Assembly (NCBI GenBank): GCA_002269645.1 | Contig: NIVC01001654.1 | Span: 190,790-254,789 of the forward strand | Direction: 5' to 3' | Length of the DNA: 64,000 bases | Origin: Macrostomum lignano | Lineage: Eukaryota | Shown here: one piece after another, positions 1-10,831 of the stretch | How positions within the stretch are numbered: position 1 is the stretch's first letter | Layout: each line of letters opens with the position of its first letter | Position numbers and translations under genes: made by a program | The notes under the pieces: generated by a model | The model's database searches: none | What the model saw: the letters and a program-made list of their open reading frames with translations, nothing else | What the model was told of the DNA's origin: nothing

Positions 1-625
1 CTGCTGGTTGCCCCCGGAAACCGCAGAGGCTGGAAAGATCGCGCATTTAAACCGCAGGGAGGCTGGCAGAGCGGTCGATGTGCTGTCCTGAGAGTAGCGA
101 GCGAGCAGAGATAATTGCTGCTTGAGGTTGAGCTGGCCTCTCTAACCACCCTGTCCCTACGCCTCAACGCTGCGTTTTTCTGTCATAAATAACTTTTGTT
201 AACAGCCATTGTTAGCAGGAATGCAAAATGCAGTGCATTGCTGCGGCAGAGAGCTGGATTGGGTTGCCAGAGCTCGGCTGCACTTTAATGATAAACACCT
301 GATGAAGCCCGAGACTGCAGTTGAGAGACTGAGCAGCTCAGCCAAAATGCGTCTTCGAAAAAAACGAAAAATTGCATGAACTGTGGTTCATTTCAGTGCG
401 ATTGGCCTGAGGCGATTCTCTGAGGCGATAACAATCTGATGGAATGGATTGGTTTTTAGTGGAGATGTACCAATTGGTCACTTACATTTCCTTTATGGAA
501 GCCACAGAGATTGAAGTACAGTTGCTTTCGCCAACTTCAATCAATGAAGCATTGGGACAGAAGCTGCATCATTAGTTTTAGACAACATTAATCAGGGAGA
601 CAAATCAGATGCATGTATCAGACAG

Positions 626-881
626 TCCCTACAGACACCATCCCTACAGTCACCATCCCTACAGTTACCATCCCTACAGTCACCATCCCTACAGTCACCA
701 TCCCTACAGCCACCATCCCTACAGTCACCATCCCTACAGTCACCATCCCTACAGCCACCATCCCTACAGTCACCATCCCTACAGTCACCATCCCTACAGC
801 CACCATCCCTACAGTCACCATCCCTACAGTCACCATCCCTACAGTCACCATCCCTACAGTCCCCATCCCTACAGTCCCCAT
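626..881. repeat. 15-bp tandem minisatellite (CAGTCACCATCCCTA), ~17 copies
   Basis: Periodic unit read directly; explains the repetitive ORFs at 592-984. Confidence 0.95.
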
Positions 882-989
882 CAGAAATTGGCTTTTGTGT
901 CAGCAATTGCATCATCGAAACTTGAGATTGAAGTCCTCTGACAACAAAGATTGGTGCGACTTGACACCAAAGACTAGCTTGTAGTTCTT

Positions 990-1395
990 ATCTGACACCC
1001 TCTAGATTTGAGCACCATCTGACACCCTCTAGATTGGCGCCCCATCTGACACTCCTAGATTGGCGCCCCATCTGACACCCTCTAGATTGGAGCCCCATCT
1101 GACACCCTCAAATTGGCGCCCCATTTGACACCCTCAAATTGGCGCCCATCTGACACCCTCAAATTGGCGCCCCATTTGACACCCTCAAATTGGCGCCCAT
1201 CTGACACCCTCAAATTGGCGCCCCATCTGACACCCCCAAATTGGCGCCCCATCTGACACCCTCAAATTGGCGCCCCATCTGACACCCTCTAGATTGACGT
1301 CCCATCTGACACTCTCTAGATTGACGCCCCATCTGACACCCTCTAGATTGGAGTCCCATCTGACACTCTCTAGATTGGCGCCCCATCTGACACCC
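990..1395. repeat. ~25-28-bp tandem minisatellite (TGGCGCCCCATCTGACACCCTC..)
   Basis: Periodic unit read directly. Confidence 0.9.
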
Positions 1396-1429
1396 AGCTG
1401 TTGGGGTGAGCAAGGACTTTCCTGGGCAA

Positions 1430-2110
1430 ACCGAATTCTTATCACCTGTAGCCGCTGCACGGCGATGCTCCGCAAAGGCTGCTCCGGGCTCTCACGAACC
1501 GATGGACCTGCCCGCAATGTACTCTCACCATATCGGTCTCGAGCACCACAGCAGTGACTCAGAAACGGCAAACAACCCACGCTGCCAGTTTCCGTGCCAC
1601 TACCCGTCAGGAGACGCTGCAGATTCTCCAGTAGAACGCGGACGGCATCTCCACCCGGATCGCTGAGCTGGCGGGCTGTGCCACCAAACTCAAGACGGAT
1701 GTGATCTTGATCCAGGAATCCAGGAATCTTGATTCGCACGAACGACGACACCCAGTTCATTCCCGGTTTCGCCACTTTCCGCGTGGATCGCAAGCATCCT
1801 GATGGCGGGGCTGGTCCGCTGACCTTTATTCGAGACCACCTGGCATACAAGCGCATCCCAGTTGGCACAGCGGAGCCGATCGAGATCTGCCGCGTGCGCA
1901 TCTTTCTGAGTGCCAAGAAGGCCTGCTCGTTGACAACATCAACGTCCCGCCGGTCCGCGGTTGCGAGGAACAAACCGAAGAGCTGTGGAACGCCTTCCCT
2001 CTGACCTGACGTCCTCGTTGGTGATTTTATTGCTCACTCGACCACTTTGGACTCGGTCCACCCAGCTGATAGCCAGGGGACACTTTCCTGGACTGGGTGA
2101 GCGGCACAAG
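1430..2110 (+). mobile_element. Degenerate non-LTR retrotransposon (LINE) fragment: PHD-like finger plus APE endonuclease N-terminus
   Basis: ITCSRC..RKGCSGL (PHD-like), then LQILQ*NADG (TAG at 1632-1634 where W of WNADG is expected), DVILIQE (1698-1718), and after a frameshift PGFATFRVDRKHPDGGAGPLTFIR. These are standard APE-endonuclease motifs. Confidence 0.8.
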
Positions 2111-2494
2111 CGGGTATTGAAGCGGCTTTTACTGCACTGCTCTGGGTTGCTAATCTGATTTGTGTAAATACTTTTGTATCATTTGCATCGGTGTGTCTGA
2201 TGTGCAATGTTCACTTTATTGTCCCCAACAGAGGTGCACCGTACAGAGGTATCTGCAGTGGTCACACACCAATTTTATCAACTTTCCCAAGAGCTTTACG
2301 AAAATATATTTTTCATTTGTTTTACTGTGGCTCTCGTTTTTGCCCCACAATGCGTGCTTGCGTCACCTTGCAGCTGAGCTCTGCAGCCGCTCCATGTAGC
2401 TTTTGGTTCCGCAAATATAAGCCCGATATTTACTCGGATGTGATGTAACTTGTCCGTTGACTGTCTCCGTGTTGGTTTTGCTTTCTATACTGAG

Positions 2495-3090
2495 GTCCTC
2501 AGCTCCATCACCCAGCTGCCCAGATCCTCAGCTCCATCACCCACCTGCCCAGATCCTCAGCTCCATCACCCAGCTGCCCAGATCCTCAGCTCCATCACCC
2601 ACTGCCCAGATCCTCAGCTCCATCACCCAGCTGCCGAGAACCTGAGCTCCATCACCCAGCTGCCCAGATCCTCAGCTCCACCACCCAGCTGCCCAGATCC
2701 TCAGCTCCATCACCCACTGCCCAGATCCTCAACTCTATCACCCAGCTGCCGAGAACCTGAGCTCCATCACCCACCTGCCCACATCCTCAGCTCAATCACC
2801 CAGCTGCCCACATCCTCAGCTCCATCACCCAGCTGCCCAGATCCTCAGCTCCATCACCCACTGCCCAGATCCTCAACTCTATCCCCCAGCTGCCGAGAAC
2901 CTGAGCTCCATCACCCATCTGCCCAGCTCCTCAGCTCCATCACCCATCTGCCCAGCTCCTCAGCTCCATCACCCATCTGCCCAGATCCTCAGCTCCATCA
3001 CCTACCTGCCGAGAACCTCAGCTCCATCACACAGCTGCCCAGATCCTCAGCTCCATCACCCTGCTGCCCAGATCCTCAGCTTCATCACCA
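2495..3090. repeat. ~29-bp tandem minisatellite (CAGATCCTCAGCTCCATCACCCAGCTGCC)
   Basis: Period 29 seen (2521 to 2550), with degenerate copies. Confidence 0.92.
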
Positions 3091-3476
3091 TCCTTGCAGG
3101 TCCTCTCACCTATTTTTAAGCACACAAGTTTCCCATATACTTGTGGAGTTTATTGACACCAGTTCCTATGAAATTGACTGCTATAGTTTATCTGCAAAAA
3201 ATCTGCAACCAGTTTCAATATTCCTCACTTTCTTATTTCTACTTCATCAGTAGTGTACCTGAACTGTGAGCACAGATAATGTTATGAAATTAGCGCGTAT
3301 ATTTTCGTGAAAGGAGCCACACCTCCCCTATTATGGCATTAGACACTAGAGCGTACATTCTACTAACTGATCTATACTTAGTAGTGTAGAGCTTTAGGGG
3401 TAGGATGCTTAAGGCTGCTTTTTAGTGTGTTAGAGGCGAGTAGCTAGAGTGTCAGAGACTGTCAGGGTGCCTGAGC

Positions 3477-4672
3477 TGGCTCAGAATCAGCTGCTCAACT
3501 TCCTGCTGAGCAGAGCTGGTTAACTGGCTCAGAATCAGCTGCTCAACTGCCTGCTGAGCAGAGCTGGTTAACTGGCTCAGAATCTGCTGCTCAACTGCCT
3601 GCTGAGCAGAGCTGGTTAACTGGCTCAGAATCTGCTGCTCAACTGCCTGCTGAGCAGAGCTGGTTAACTGGCTCAGAATCTGCTGCTCAACTGCCTGCTG
3701 AGCAGAGCTGGTTAACTGGCTCAGAATCAGCTGCTCAACTGCCTTCTGAGCAGAGCTGGTTAACTGGCTCAGAATCTGCTGCTCAACTGCCTGCTGAGCA
3801 GAGCTGGTTAACTGGCTCAGAATCTGCTGCTCAACTGCCTGCTGAGCAGAGCTGGTTAACTGGCTCAGAATCTGCTGCTCAACTGCCTGCTGAGCAGAGC
3901 TGGTTAACTGGCTCAGAATCTGCTGCTCAACTGCCTGCTGAGCACAGCTGGTTAACTGGCTCAGAATCTGCTGCTCAACTGCCTGCTGAGCAGAGCTGGT
4001 TAACTGGCTCAGAATCTGCTGCTCAACTGCCTGCTGAGCAGAGCTGGTTAAATGGCTCAGAATCTGCTGCTCAACTGCCTGCTGAGCAGAGCTGGTTAAC
4101 TGGCTCAGAATCTGCTGCTCAACTGCCTGCTGAGCAGAGCTGGTTAACTGGCTCAGAATCTGCTGCTCAACTGCCTGCTGAGCAGAGCTGGTTAACTGGC
4201 TCAGAATCAGCTGCTCAACTGCCTTCTGAGCAGAGCTGGTTAACTGGCTCAGAATCTGCTGCTCAACTGCCTGCTGAGCAGAGCTGGTTAACTGGCTCAG
4301 AATCTGCTGCTCAACTGCCTGCTGAGCAGAGCTGGTTAACTGGCTCAGAATCTGCTGCTCAACTGCCTGCTGAGCAGAGCTGGTTAACTGGCTCAGAATC
4401 TGCTGCTCAACTGCCTGCTGAGCACAGCTGGCTAACTGGCTCAGAATCTGCTGCTCAACTGCCTGCTGAGCAGAGCTGGTTAACTGGCTCAGAATCTGCT
4501 GCTCAACTGCCTGCTGAGCACAGCTGGTTAACTGGCTCAGAATCTGCTGCTCAACTGCCTGCTGAGCAGAGCTGGTTAACTGGCTCAGAATCTGCTGCTC
4601 AACTGCCTGCTGAGCAGAGCTGGTTAACTGGCTCAGAATCTGCTGCTCAACTGCCTGCTGAGCAGAGCTGGT
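3477..4672. repeat. 48-bp tandem repeat, ~25 near-identical copies
   Basis: TCAGAATCAG at 3481 and 3529; source of the 457-aa repetitive ORF 3452-4825. Confidence 0.95.
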
Positions 4673-4699
4673 GAACTGAATCGCCTTAACTGGCACTGG

Positions 4700-5330
4700 A
4701 AATCGCTCACAAAAATCGCCCCAAATCAAGACGAAGCGCGCGATGCCCCGCAAAGAAGCCAACAACCCGGAGGCGCACATCACCACCAAGAAGCTGTTTG
4801 TCGGCGCCCTTCGCAAGGACGTCACCGACCAGCTGCTGCGGGACTTTCTCAGCCTACGGCACCATTGTCGACGCGTACATCGTCAGGGACAACGCCACGG
4901 GAGACAGTCGCGGCTTCGGCTTCGTCGTGTTCGATGACTATGACCCCGTGGACAAAGCGATGCTGTACAAGCCTCACCTGCTGCGCGCTGGAGGCTCAGT
5001 CAGCATCACGGACGTGAAGAAAGGCCTCACCAAGGAGGAGCTGGCCAGAGCGCACCTTCTCGAGCAGCAGCAGTCTCGGCATGGAGGCCAACATGGGCGG
5101 CCCTCCCGGCGCTATGATGATGTCAGGCGGTGCCATGGGGCCCTGGGGTCCCATGATGGGACCCATGATGGGCGGCGGCAGCGGACCGAAGCCGCCGCAG
5201 CAGCAGCAGCAGCACGGAAAGCAGCCGCAGGCCGCGTCTTCAAAGCCCATCAAGAGTCCCGCTGGGGCTGGCGGCGGCGGCGGCCCAGCACCCAACGGCA
5301 TGGGCGGCCCTGGAGGCTCGATTGGAGGAG
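4700..5330 (+). pseudogene. hnRNP A/B-family RNA-binding protein fragment (inter-RRM linker, RRM2, Gly/Met/Pro/Gln-rich tail), frameshifted
   Basis: TKRAMPRKEANNPEAHITTKKLFVG (linker + RNP2); frameshift near 4845; SRGFGFVVFDDYDPVDK (RNP1); second shift near 5070 into GGPPGAMMM tail. RRM1 is not visible. May be an assembly-damaged real gene. Confidence 0.75.
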
Positions 5331-5525
5331 AGAAGGGAGGGAGAAGGAGGGAAAGGAGAAGGAGGGAAGGGAGAAGGAGGGGAAAGAGAAGGAGGGGAGG
5401 GAGAAGGAGGGAAGGGAGAAGGAGGGGAAAGAGAAGGAGGGAGGAAGAGGGAGGGGAGGGAGAAGGAGGGGAAAGAGAAGGAGGGGCTCAGGGAGAAGGA
5501 AGGGAGAGGGAGAAGGAGAGAGGGA
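5330..5525. repeat. GA-rich polypurine low-complexity tract
   Basis: Only G/A in GGAGAAGGAGGGAA-like units. Confidence 0.9.
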
Positions 5526-5837
5526 GCTGGTAATCCCAAATAAGGAAAGCTCATAAAACAAAAATCTCAGCGCAGATCGAGTAAGTTCAAATTCTATTTA
5601 GCTCCAGTCTGATTCCATAAAAATTATAACTAAGCCCAAATATCCATAAAAACCTAGCTAAGGACAGAAATAAGGACATGATGCCACTTTTGATTTTGTA
5701 ATGCCTGAAAATATTTGTCCGTTTATTTCAATATCTGACAGCTCATTAATCGCAGACGCAGCTGTCGTTAAAATTTGTTAGAATAGAGTTCAATCTTAAC
5801 AATTGACGTGTTCCGTTTGAGATGGGGACTCGCAGTA

Positions 5838-6012
5838 TCAACCGCTGTTGCCACCCGAGCTGCTGACATTGCCGCATCTGGGCAGCTGCTTCTTGAACAG
5901 CGGAACCCAAACGCAGTACACGGCCCAGCTCAGAGCGCAGTTGACGTAGAACAGATAGTTCAGACACTTTGCCAACGGAAATATGAGCGACAGAATGTCA
6001 GAAATTGACAGC
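5838..6012 (-). CDS. Rhodopsin-class GPCR, terminal exon (TM7 + helix 8)
   Basis: Hand translation: LSISDILSLIFPLAKCLNYLFYVNCALSWAVYCVWVPLFKKQLPRCGN..SG*; acceptor TTTTTAG at 6019-6013; stop at 5840-5838. Not in the ORF track. Confidence 0.6.
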
Positions 6013-6240
6013 CTAAAAATTGACAGAATGCTCCAGCGATCAATAATTATTCATCTAGAAGTAGAGTTTGCTACAGACAACTTAACTAAGAGGCTATAGT
6101 GCAACTAGGAGTACAAACCGTCTCCCAAGAGCGCAATCCGACGATATCCGTCGACCTTCACGCATGCACTGAATTAAACTTTCATTCTGAAATAGCTCGT
6201 ATAATAGCAACAAAGGTTAGTGAGTCCCAATGAAACTCAC

Positions 6241-6500
6241 GAGATGAGCATGGTAGAGAAGTCTGAGGCTGTGATGGCGCACAAGATAAAGTGGCTGCCC
6301 TTCAGCTGAGATCGAACCTTAATCACACAGTAAATGACAAAAACCGCACCAATTATCGCCACTAGAAAAATCGGTGGAGCAATGTAAATCCTCAGGTTCT
6401 CTGATATCAGAATGGCGATTTTGGCAGCCTCGAGGAGCGACGACGGCTGACTTGATGGTGTCTTTGTGGGAAGCCCAGTAAGAGATCCGGTTATTATTTC
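6241..6500 (-). CDS. Rhodopsin-class GPCR, exon with N-terminus, TM1 and TM2
   Basis: IYIAPPIFLVAIIGAVFVIYCV (TM1) and HFILCAITASDFSTML (TM2, LAxSD-like); donor GTGAGT at 6240. 5' boundary uncertain. Confidence 0.6.
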
Positions 6501-6559
6501 CAATCCCAATTGCAAGCTCAAAAATAATTGCTCAATAATTAATAATTGCTCAATAATTG

Positions 6560-6780
6560 CTCAAAAAAACGCGAGGAAAGAAGCATCAAGCCAGACAAAA
6601 GACGCATCATGTAAAAAATAAAGTGTCATGTAAAAACTCCGTTTCAAACATAAAAGAAGCGTCTTGGAGAGAATTGCTGAGATGTAAATCCTGCGGTCAG
6701 AAGCGACAGTTTTTTTTCAAAAAAATGTATTTTTTTCCTTGTTAGTTCCCTAACGAGGGGGGGGGGGCTGAGTGCCAGTA
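6560..6780 (+). mobile_element. Short 3'-end relic of the Helitron family found at 32-46 kb
   Basis: Shares GAAGCGTC(A)TG-type units, GAGAATTGCTGAGAT, GTCAGAAGC and a CCCTAACGAGGG hairpin followed by CCAGT with 44750-45845. Confidence 0.5.
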
Positions 6781-6934
6781 AATACTCAAATTGCCAACCA
6801 ATCAAACAAATTCTTGCCTTCCAGCCAGAAATTTGGATTCATCTTCCGAGAGTTGAAAAATCTTTATAAGAGCGGAAGGATGGATAGATATTGCACTCAG
6901 TTCAGTTCAATTCAGCCCAAAAAGCACACAAAAT

Positions 6935-7587
6935 ATGAGTTTATATTCGATAGCCTACTCTGTTTCAATTTTTCTGATAGCCATTTCGGCCGAAAAGTTC
7001 TCCTATGTCGGCTGCTTTGCAGACCGTGCGTCCAGAGACCTAAACGGACGCACGATTGATGATGCGAGCATGTCACGGAAGTTCTGCAGCGCCGTCTGCT
7101 CGCATGACAAGTACCGCTACTTCGGCTTGCAATTCCGCTCCCACTGTTTCTGCGGTAACTCCTACGGACTGCACGGAGTCGCTAATGAGGCCGACTGCAA
7201 CATGGCCTGCACTGGAAACTCGCGCCAGATTTGCGGTGGCCACAGTCGAAATTCGGTTTTCGCCCTGGTGTACACCTGTGAGATCGCTGAATAAGTAGCT
7301 GGAGTCACTTTAGCGAGGTTAATTCTCAGTTAAGTCGCTTCATCCTTCCAGCTGACGGTTTCCATCGAGCAGAGAGATCACATTCGATTATCACTGCTGG
7401 TGCCCCTACGGAGGCCTTCTGGACCGTCGCTGCCAGGTCTGACATCGAGTGCGCCACGTTGTGCCAGGAGAGTACTGACTGCCAGGCTGTGCTGTTCGCT
7501 CGACAGCAGCTGCTGTGCCACTTGCTGACGGTCGCCTACCTGCCTGCCAGTCTGAAGGACATCGCTGGAGACTACTATGTGCGCTGA
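6935..7587 (+). CDS. Secreted WSC-domain + PAN/Apple-domain protein, 2 exons (6935-7277, 7352-7587), 192 aa
   Basis: Hydrophobic signal peptide; WSC motif YVGCFAD..CSAVC..YFGLQFRSHCFCG..CNMACTGN..CGG; GTGAGA donor at 7278 and CTTCCAG acceptor ending 7351 join in frame (phase 1); exon 2 RSDIECATLCQESTDCQAVLF..LCHL has the PAN cysteine pattern. Confidence 0.8.
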
Positions 7588-8749
7588 TGTGCCGAGCGGA
7601 GTTTTGAATGCTGAACTGGAGTTTTAATTCCATTGATCAAATTTTTGAAAAGTTCAAATTATCGAGCAATTATAAATTCGACTCCGAATGAGACATGCAG
7701 ACTTATTGACTAGTCGGTTACAAACTGCCAAAATCTTTGAGACCCCATTTTTCGTCTGATAATGGCTCTCAACTAGCCTCATTTTTCTGCTTGAAACTGC
7801 AGAGCATTGTTGTAAAACCAAGGCATGTAAAGTATAGAAGTTATAGTCATTTTAATGAGCAAATATACTGATAGAAGAATTGACACCCTGCGCCGTTCTG
7901 TTGTCATCAGCTCTGAATCACATGACAACTGTCTTTCTGGGAACAATGCCCCTAGAGGCAGAGTAGGAGTAGGCAACGTTACGAAGAGAAGATATTTTTA
8001 GACACACCAAAAAGTGGCAGAATGGTGGTTTCTTATCTGAGATATCTACCATATTCGTATCGACCAAGGCTTTTGCTACTTTGTTGTTAAAATAACAGAT
8101 ATAAAAAGATGGAAAATTTGTCTTTCAAAAAATTCAAATTCCTGATTAGTGTTAGTTGTAGTTATGGTTCAGTATACATACATCTGTTTGTTGATATTGA
8201 TGTGCCGCTCTATACTTGACGAAAAGGCCAACGGGAATTTAGTATTCTTCAACACAACACATTGGCTTCGCAAGCTAGGCTACCCCCCGCAACCAACTCA
8301 GCCCACAGATGCGAGAATAACTAGATAACTCAGCACATTTGCGTGTAAGCTACTTTCAATTCAGTAGTAGGTTAAACGAAAGCGTTTGAATGTATTTTTT
8401 AAAGCCAAGGCTTATTTGTTAGCTCTTAACCCCCCAGCTTAAACCCTCCAACCGCGCCTTTCCACACTACCCCCCGCCCGCCACAATTTTAATTGCCTTT
8501 CTCGGAATTCCAGCCTAAAGCTGCCATGTACGTTTCAGTATACTGGCTATTGTACATTAATATTGCTGAACTAATTAGCTGCTGTATTCTTCTTTGCTAC
8601 TGAACTGAAAGTAGAATGCCTGAGTGGCCTATGTACTCATTTTTAGTAGCTACTCGTATCTGTGACCCCGCCTAGAACGCCGCCACTGCAAAGTAAACAA
8701 GCGCCAAACAGCAAAAGTACACAGTGCTCAGAATTTCTCAGTCAACGAC

Positions 8750-9580
8750 AGCTTCTGGAACATCGGAGGTGCCAAGGATCAACATCTTGCCACCAGAGCG
8801 ATTCCTGCCTCAACAGGGCCGTGGAATGAGTCGTGGAAAAGCCTTTTTGGCAACCATCTGTTGGCGGCGGACTTCGACACTCAACCAGATGGAATCTTTG
8901 CAGCGATGCAGCCACCGCGCACCATCTCAAAATTCGAATCGTAAACAGACATCGCTGGACGAGATTCGACGAGACCGTGAAGCTGCTGAAGGAGCAGTTT
9001 GGTGGCAAGACTGGCGGGCTCGTGCGAGTTCGGCGGCATGATGGATGAGATGATTCGCGACCAGAGATCGTGGAGAAGGTCATGCAGCGACAGGCGGATG
9101 CTCATCGAGGAGGGCCTGACGTTGAGGACGGCGGTGACGCTGAGCCAGCAGTGGGAGACTGGCATTGAGAATGGCAAGTCGAGGCGGGGCGAGCGGATGT
9201 CCGGCGGAGGCGGCCACAACAGGCGAGAGCCAAAGTGTCCATAATTCTATCGGAGAGGACCTACCGGAAGCTCGGGACCAAGGTGCCGCTGCAGCCATCT
9301 ACCAGGAAGCTCATCACGTACAACGGCAAAGCTATCGACACGCTGGAACAAGCGGTGCTGTCAGTCAACTACCGCGGGCAGAGGGTGCCATTCTTCTGCT
9401 TTACAGTAGTATGTCAGGGATCCCACATAATGAGCACGGATCTGATGCAGCAGCTCAGCTTCCAAGTGGTGAACTGGGACGGTGACCTGGTGCGCACTGT
9501 GGACGAGACCAGCAAGTCAAATGTGTCAAAGGTCGGCGACTGCATGTACATCAACGAGCACCAACGGCGATTCGAGTGAA
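8750..9580 (+). mobile_element. Degenerate Ty3/Gypsy-type LTR retrotransposon gag-protease fragment
   Basis: DEMIRDQ..LIEEGLTLRTAVTLSQQWE (gag) and LQPSTRKLITYNGKAIDTL..VNYRGQ..FTVV..IMSTDLM (aspartic-protease C-half) in shifted frames. Confidence 0.75.
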
Positions 9581-9890
9581 TCCGAGCAGTCGGACTCGCT
9601 CCGACGCAGAGGTAGCCTTGGGAATGTGGTGACGACTCATTGGTTGCAATTTCTGCAAAGAAAATTCGAACTTCAACTCTTTATTTTTGAATATTCCTGT
9701 TCGACCGTTTTTGCGATTGTGACTCAAAATCAAAACGTAGATGGTTTTCAGGTAGGTACATTTATTAAGTATAGCTTGTAAATATACTTATCGAAAGGCC
9801 AGCGTAATTAGTTAAATTGTGCCTATAGCCACTCAAGTCTATCTCAATATAACAATTTGCTGCAGAGCTAATTAGGGAGAAGGAGGGGAG

Positions 9891-10224
9891 GGAGGGAGCT
9901 GTCAGGCTGTCAGCCACTGAATGTTCATGAGGGAGCTGTCAGGCTGTCAGTCACTGAATGTTCGTGAGGGAGCTGTCAGGCTGTCAGTCACTGAATGTTC
10001 ATGAGGGAGCTGTCAGGCTGTCAGTCACTGAATGTTCATGAGGGAGCTGTCAGGCTGTCAGTCACTGAATGTTCATGAGGGAGCTGTCAGGCTGTCAGTC
10101 ACTGAATGTTCGTGAGGGAGCTGTCAGGCTGTCAGTCACTGAATGTTTATGAAGGAGCTGTCAGGCTGTCAGTCACTGAATGTTCATGAGGGAGCTGTCA
10201 GGCTGTCAGTCACTGAATGTTCAT
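9891..10224. repeat. 37-bp tandem repeat (GAGGGAGCTGTCAGGCTGTCAGTCACTGAATGTTCAT), ~9 copies
   Basis: Read directly; same unit recurs at 25228-25330 downstream of cGLR copy 2. Confidence 0.92.
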
Positions 10225-10831
10225 AACTACATGATTGAAGTACATGAAATCAATTTGCAGACTGATATAGCTTATTCTAAGAGCAGGTGCTTGAATAATC
10301 ACGGAGCATGTATACACGACATTTTAAGCTATAAAAGTACATCTTAAGTATTTATCAGTATTATATGCAGTAAAATTTCTCGAACATAGATTACTGTTTC
10401 ATGCAAATATCTGCTACCTGTGCATTTGGCTTGAATATGTCATTAAACAGCATTGGCAATTGGGTATTGAAGTCCGCAGAACAAAATCGCTGAGAAAAGC
10501 CCACGTCAAAGCAGAAACGCAGTTTGAAGGGAAAAAGCAATTCAGCATGCAGTGTGAATTGAATTGCAGCACAAATGTACAAAACTGCAGTTCACAGCAG
10601 GAGGGCTGCTCTCACTAAACTAGCTCATTTTCTAAAAGCTAAAAGACAGACAGATTTAGGACACGCAGATCCCTCATCAAGCCAGCATGCAGACGATTGA
10701 AATAGACCGTTTCTGGCCATGCATGCCAAGTCAAAATGTAAAGACGATTCAATGTGTTTCAAGCAGAACACGAAGAACCAAAATCAGAATAAAGAGTTTA
10801 ATTAAACAAACGCAAGTTGCATGAAGTTCAA

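Noticed and set aside
299-370. Hammerhead ribozyme (CTGATGA..CGAAA)
   Set aside because: Stem II does not close directly on the core, and I found no stem III/stem I pairing.
3452-4825. 457-aa ORF of SSAQQAVEQQILSQLT repeats (and similar long ORFs at 592-984, 2450-3253, 14409-15095, 18794-19313, 23632-24860)
   Set aside because: Produced by stop-free tandem repeats that are often open in several frames or on both strands; no unique coding flanks or splice support.
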